In this document: positions 57,893 to 59,013 of the stretch, piece after piece
How positions within the stretch are numbered: the stretch's first letter is position 1
Layout of the letters: the number at the start of each line of letters is the position of its first letter
From: a virus
Lineage: Duplodnaviria; Caudoviricetes
Direction: 5' to 3' (one strand)
DNA length: 59,013 nucleotides
Virus record (IMG/VR): IMGVR_UViG_3300030329_002180
Location: 1 to 59,013 of that record
Notes under the pieces: model-generated
What the model saw: only the letters and a program-made list of their open reading frames with translations
What the model was told of the DNA's origin: nothing
Databases searched by the model: none
Program-made: the position numbers and the translations under genes

Positions 57893-58972
57893 ATGAAAAA
57901 ATTAATATTAATTATACTTTTATTTCCTTTACTATTAAAATCTCAAATAGATGTTCAAGATGTAATAAAGAAGAATTTAAAGTTTTCTACATTTTACGCC
58001 GCTGTTAATGGTGGGACATCATTATCTGATGTTAATATTTTTTCTGTTGATAATGGTTTGTCTACACAAACTATTTCAACTCCTTATGATTACAATTTTA
58101 CCATAGGTTTACGTAAGATAGCGAGATTTGGATATGAAAATAAAGCACAAACGTTTTACGATGGAACGGAGTCTAATTACAGTGATGCGGCTACTGTGGG
58201 TAAAGTTAGAGGAGTTGAATACTTATTTGAGGTAGATTATAAAAGACAAGAAGGTGTAGATTATGTAGACCAACACCATTTTATTAGATTTAGTTCTGAT
58301 GATGATTGTGACGACCCATTGTGTGTTAACTTTTTTGCTTTAAAATTAGAGTATTTACAAGATGGTTTTGCTGATATAGAATATTTTGAAGCATCAGAAA
58401 GATTTAGGTATAAATATACTAGAGACTTATCCTTTAACATCGGAGCTGTACATCGACTAGCAGAGCCTTATGGATATAATCCCTTAAGCGAATGGATGCT
58501 ATCAAATGGTAATTTACATTATACTTATTTAGCAATTCAAGAAGGGTACAATATCGATGTCGCTAATAGTGAATACTTTGCACCAGATGGAACTTTAGTT
58601 GCGACTAGTCCTGAGGTTTGGGAAGCAGTTGTAATTCCAGAGGTGTTGTCAGATTACGTTGCTAAAAAAAGAAACGAATTAGAAAATGTCATACAACATT
58701 CTATCGTTATAGGATTTGATTATTATAAATATACTAAGAAAAACTGGTTACATATTTGGGGTAACATATTACCTTGGCATTATAATGATGGAAGTGAATT
58801 CTCATACCATAACTTTATAAAAGATGATCAATGGTATGATTATTCTGGAGGATTAATATACGGAATAAAACAAAATAAAAATTTAGGATATTTCATAGAA
58901 GGAAAATATAATAAGTACTGGAATAGAGAATGGTATGATTTTAAAATAGGATTAAATTACACAATATTTTAA
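57893..58972 (+). CDS. Putative outer-membrane beta-barrel protein
   Basis: Signal peptide ending KS-Q, aromatic alternating strands, C-terminal beta-signal FKIGLNYTIF. Confidence 0.7.
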   Translation: MKKLILIILLFPLLLKSQIDVQDVIKKNLKFSTFYAAVNGGTSLSDVNIFSVDNGLSTQTISTPYDYNFTIGLRKIARFGYENKAQTFYDGTESNYSDAATVGKVRGVEYLFEVDYKRQEGVDYVDQHHFIRFSSDDDCDDPLCVNFFALKLEYLQDGFADIEYFEASERFRYKYTRDLSFNIGAVHRLAEPYGYNPLSEWMLSNGNLHYTYLAIQEGYNIDVANSEYFAPDGTLVATSPEVWEAVVIPEVLSDYVAKKRNELENVIQHSIVIGFDYYKYTKKNWLHIWGNILPWHYNDGSEFSYHNFIKDDQWYDYSGGLIYGIKQNKNLGYFIEGKYNKYWNREWYDFKIGLNYTIF

Positions 58973-58974
58973 TT

Positions 58975-59013
58975 ATGATAAGTAAACATATAAGCTATAA
59001 AGAAGGCGTGTAT
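58975..59013 (+). CDS. Partial ORF, possibly the start of a peptidase M15-type endolysin
   Basis: MISKHISYKEGVY resembles the [IL]SKH[IF]S..E start of M15A endolysins; truncated by the window edge. Confidence 0.35.
   Translation, partial: MISKHISYKEGVY

Noticed and set aside
1-59013. Stop-codon reassignment, diversity-generating retroelement or prophage integration module
   Set aside because: Long genes are intact in the standard code with TAA, TAG and TGA all used as stops; no reverse transcriptase, integrase or host flank is visible in the window.

Overview
A 59-kb, very AT-rich segment of a tailed dsDNA phage genome, most likely podovirus-like. The host is probably Bacteroidota/Flavobacteriia (inference: A-rich translation starts without Shine-Dalgarno motifs and a T9SS-type C-terminal sorting signal). 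There are two divergent arms separated by a non-coding control region at about 8670-9236. The left arm (minus strand) has many small early genes: a phage sigma70-like factor, an HTH protein, DenV glycosylase, a Gp88-like protein, a TraR/DksA-like Zn finger and two paralogous first genes. It carries seven copies of a phage-specific promoter motif and two homologous anticodon-less tRNA-like RNAs, one at the 3' end of a roughly 415-nt structured non-coding region. The right arm (plus strand) encodes GroEL/GroES plus a tandem GroES-like protein, a holin, terminase, portal, scaffold, major capsid and tail proteins. It also encodes three putative ejection proteins, including a 3083-aa multidomain protein with zincin, sigma-region-2-like and HAD segments separated by L[SA]SK motifs. 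The window ends in a block of envelope-targeted proteins (lipoprotein, T9SS cargo, outer-membrane beta-barrel). All calls come from reading motifs by eye; no database search or folding program was run.
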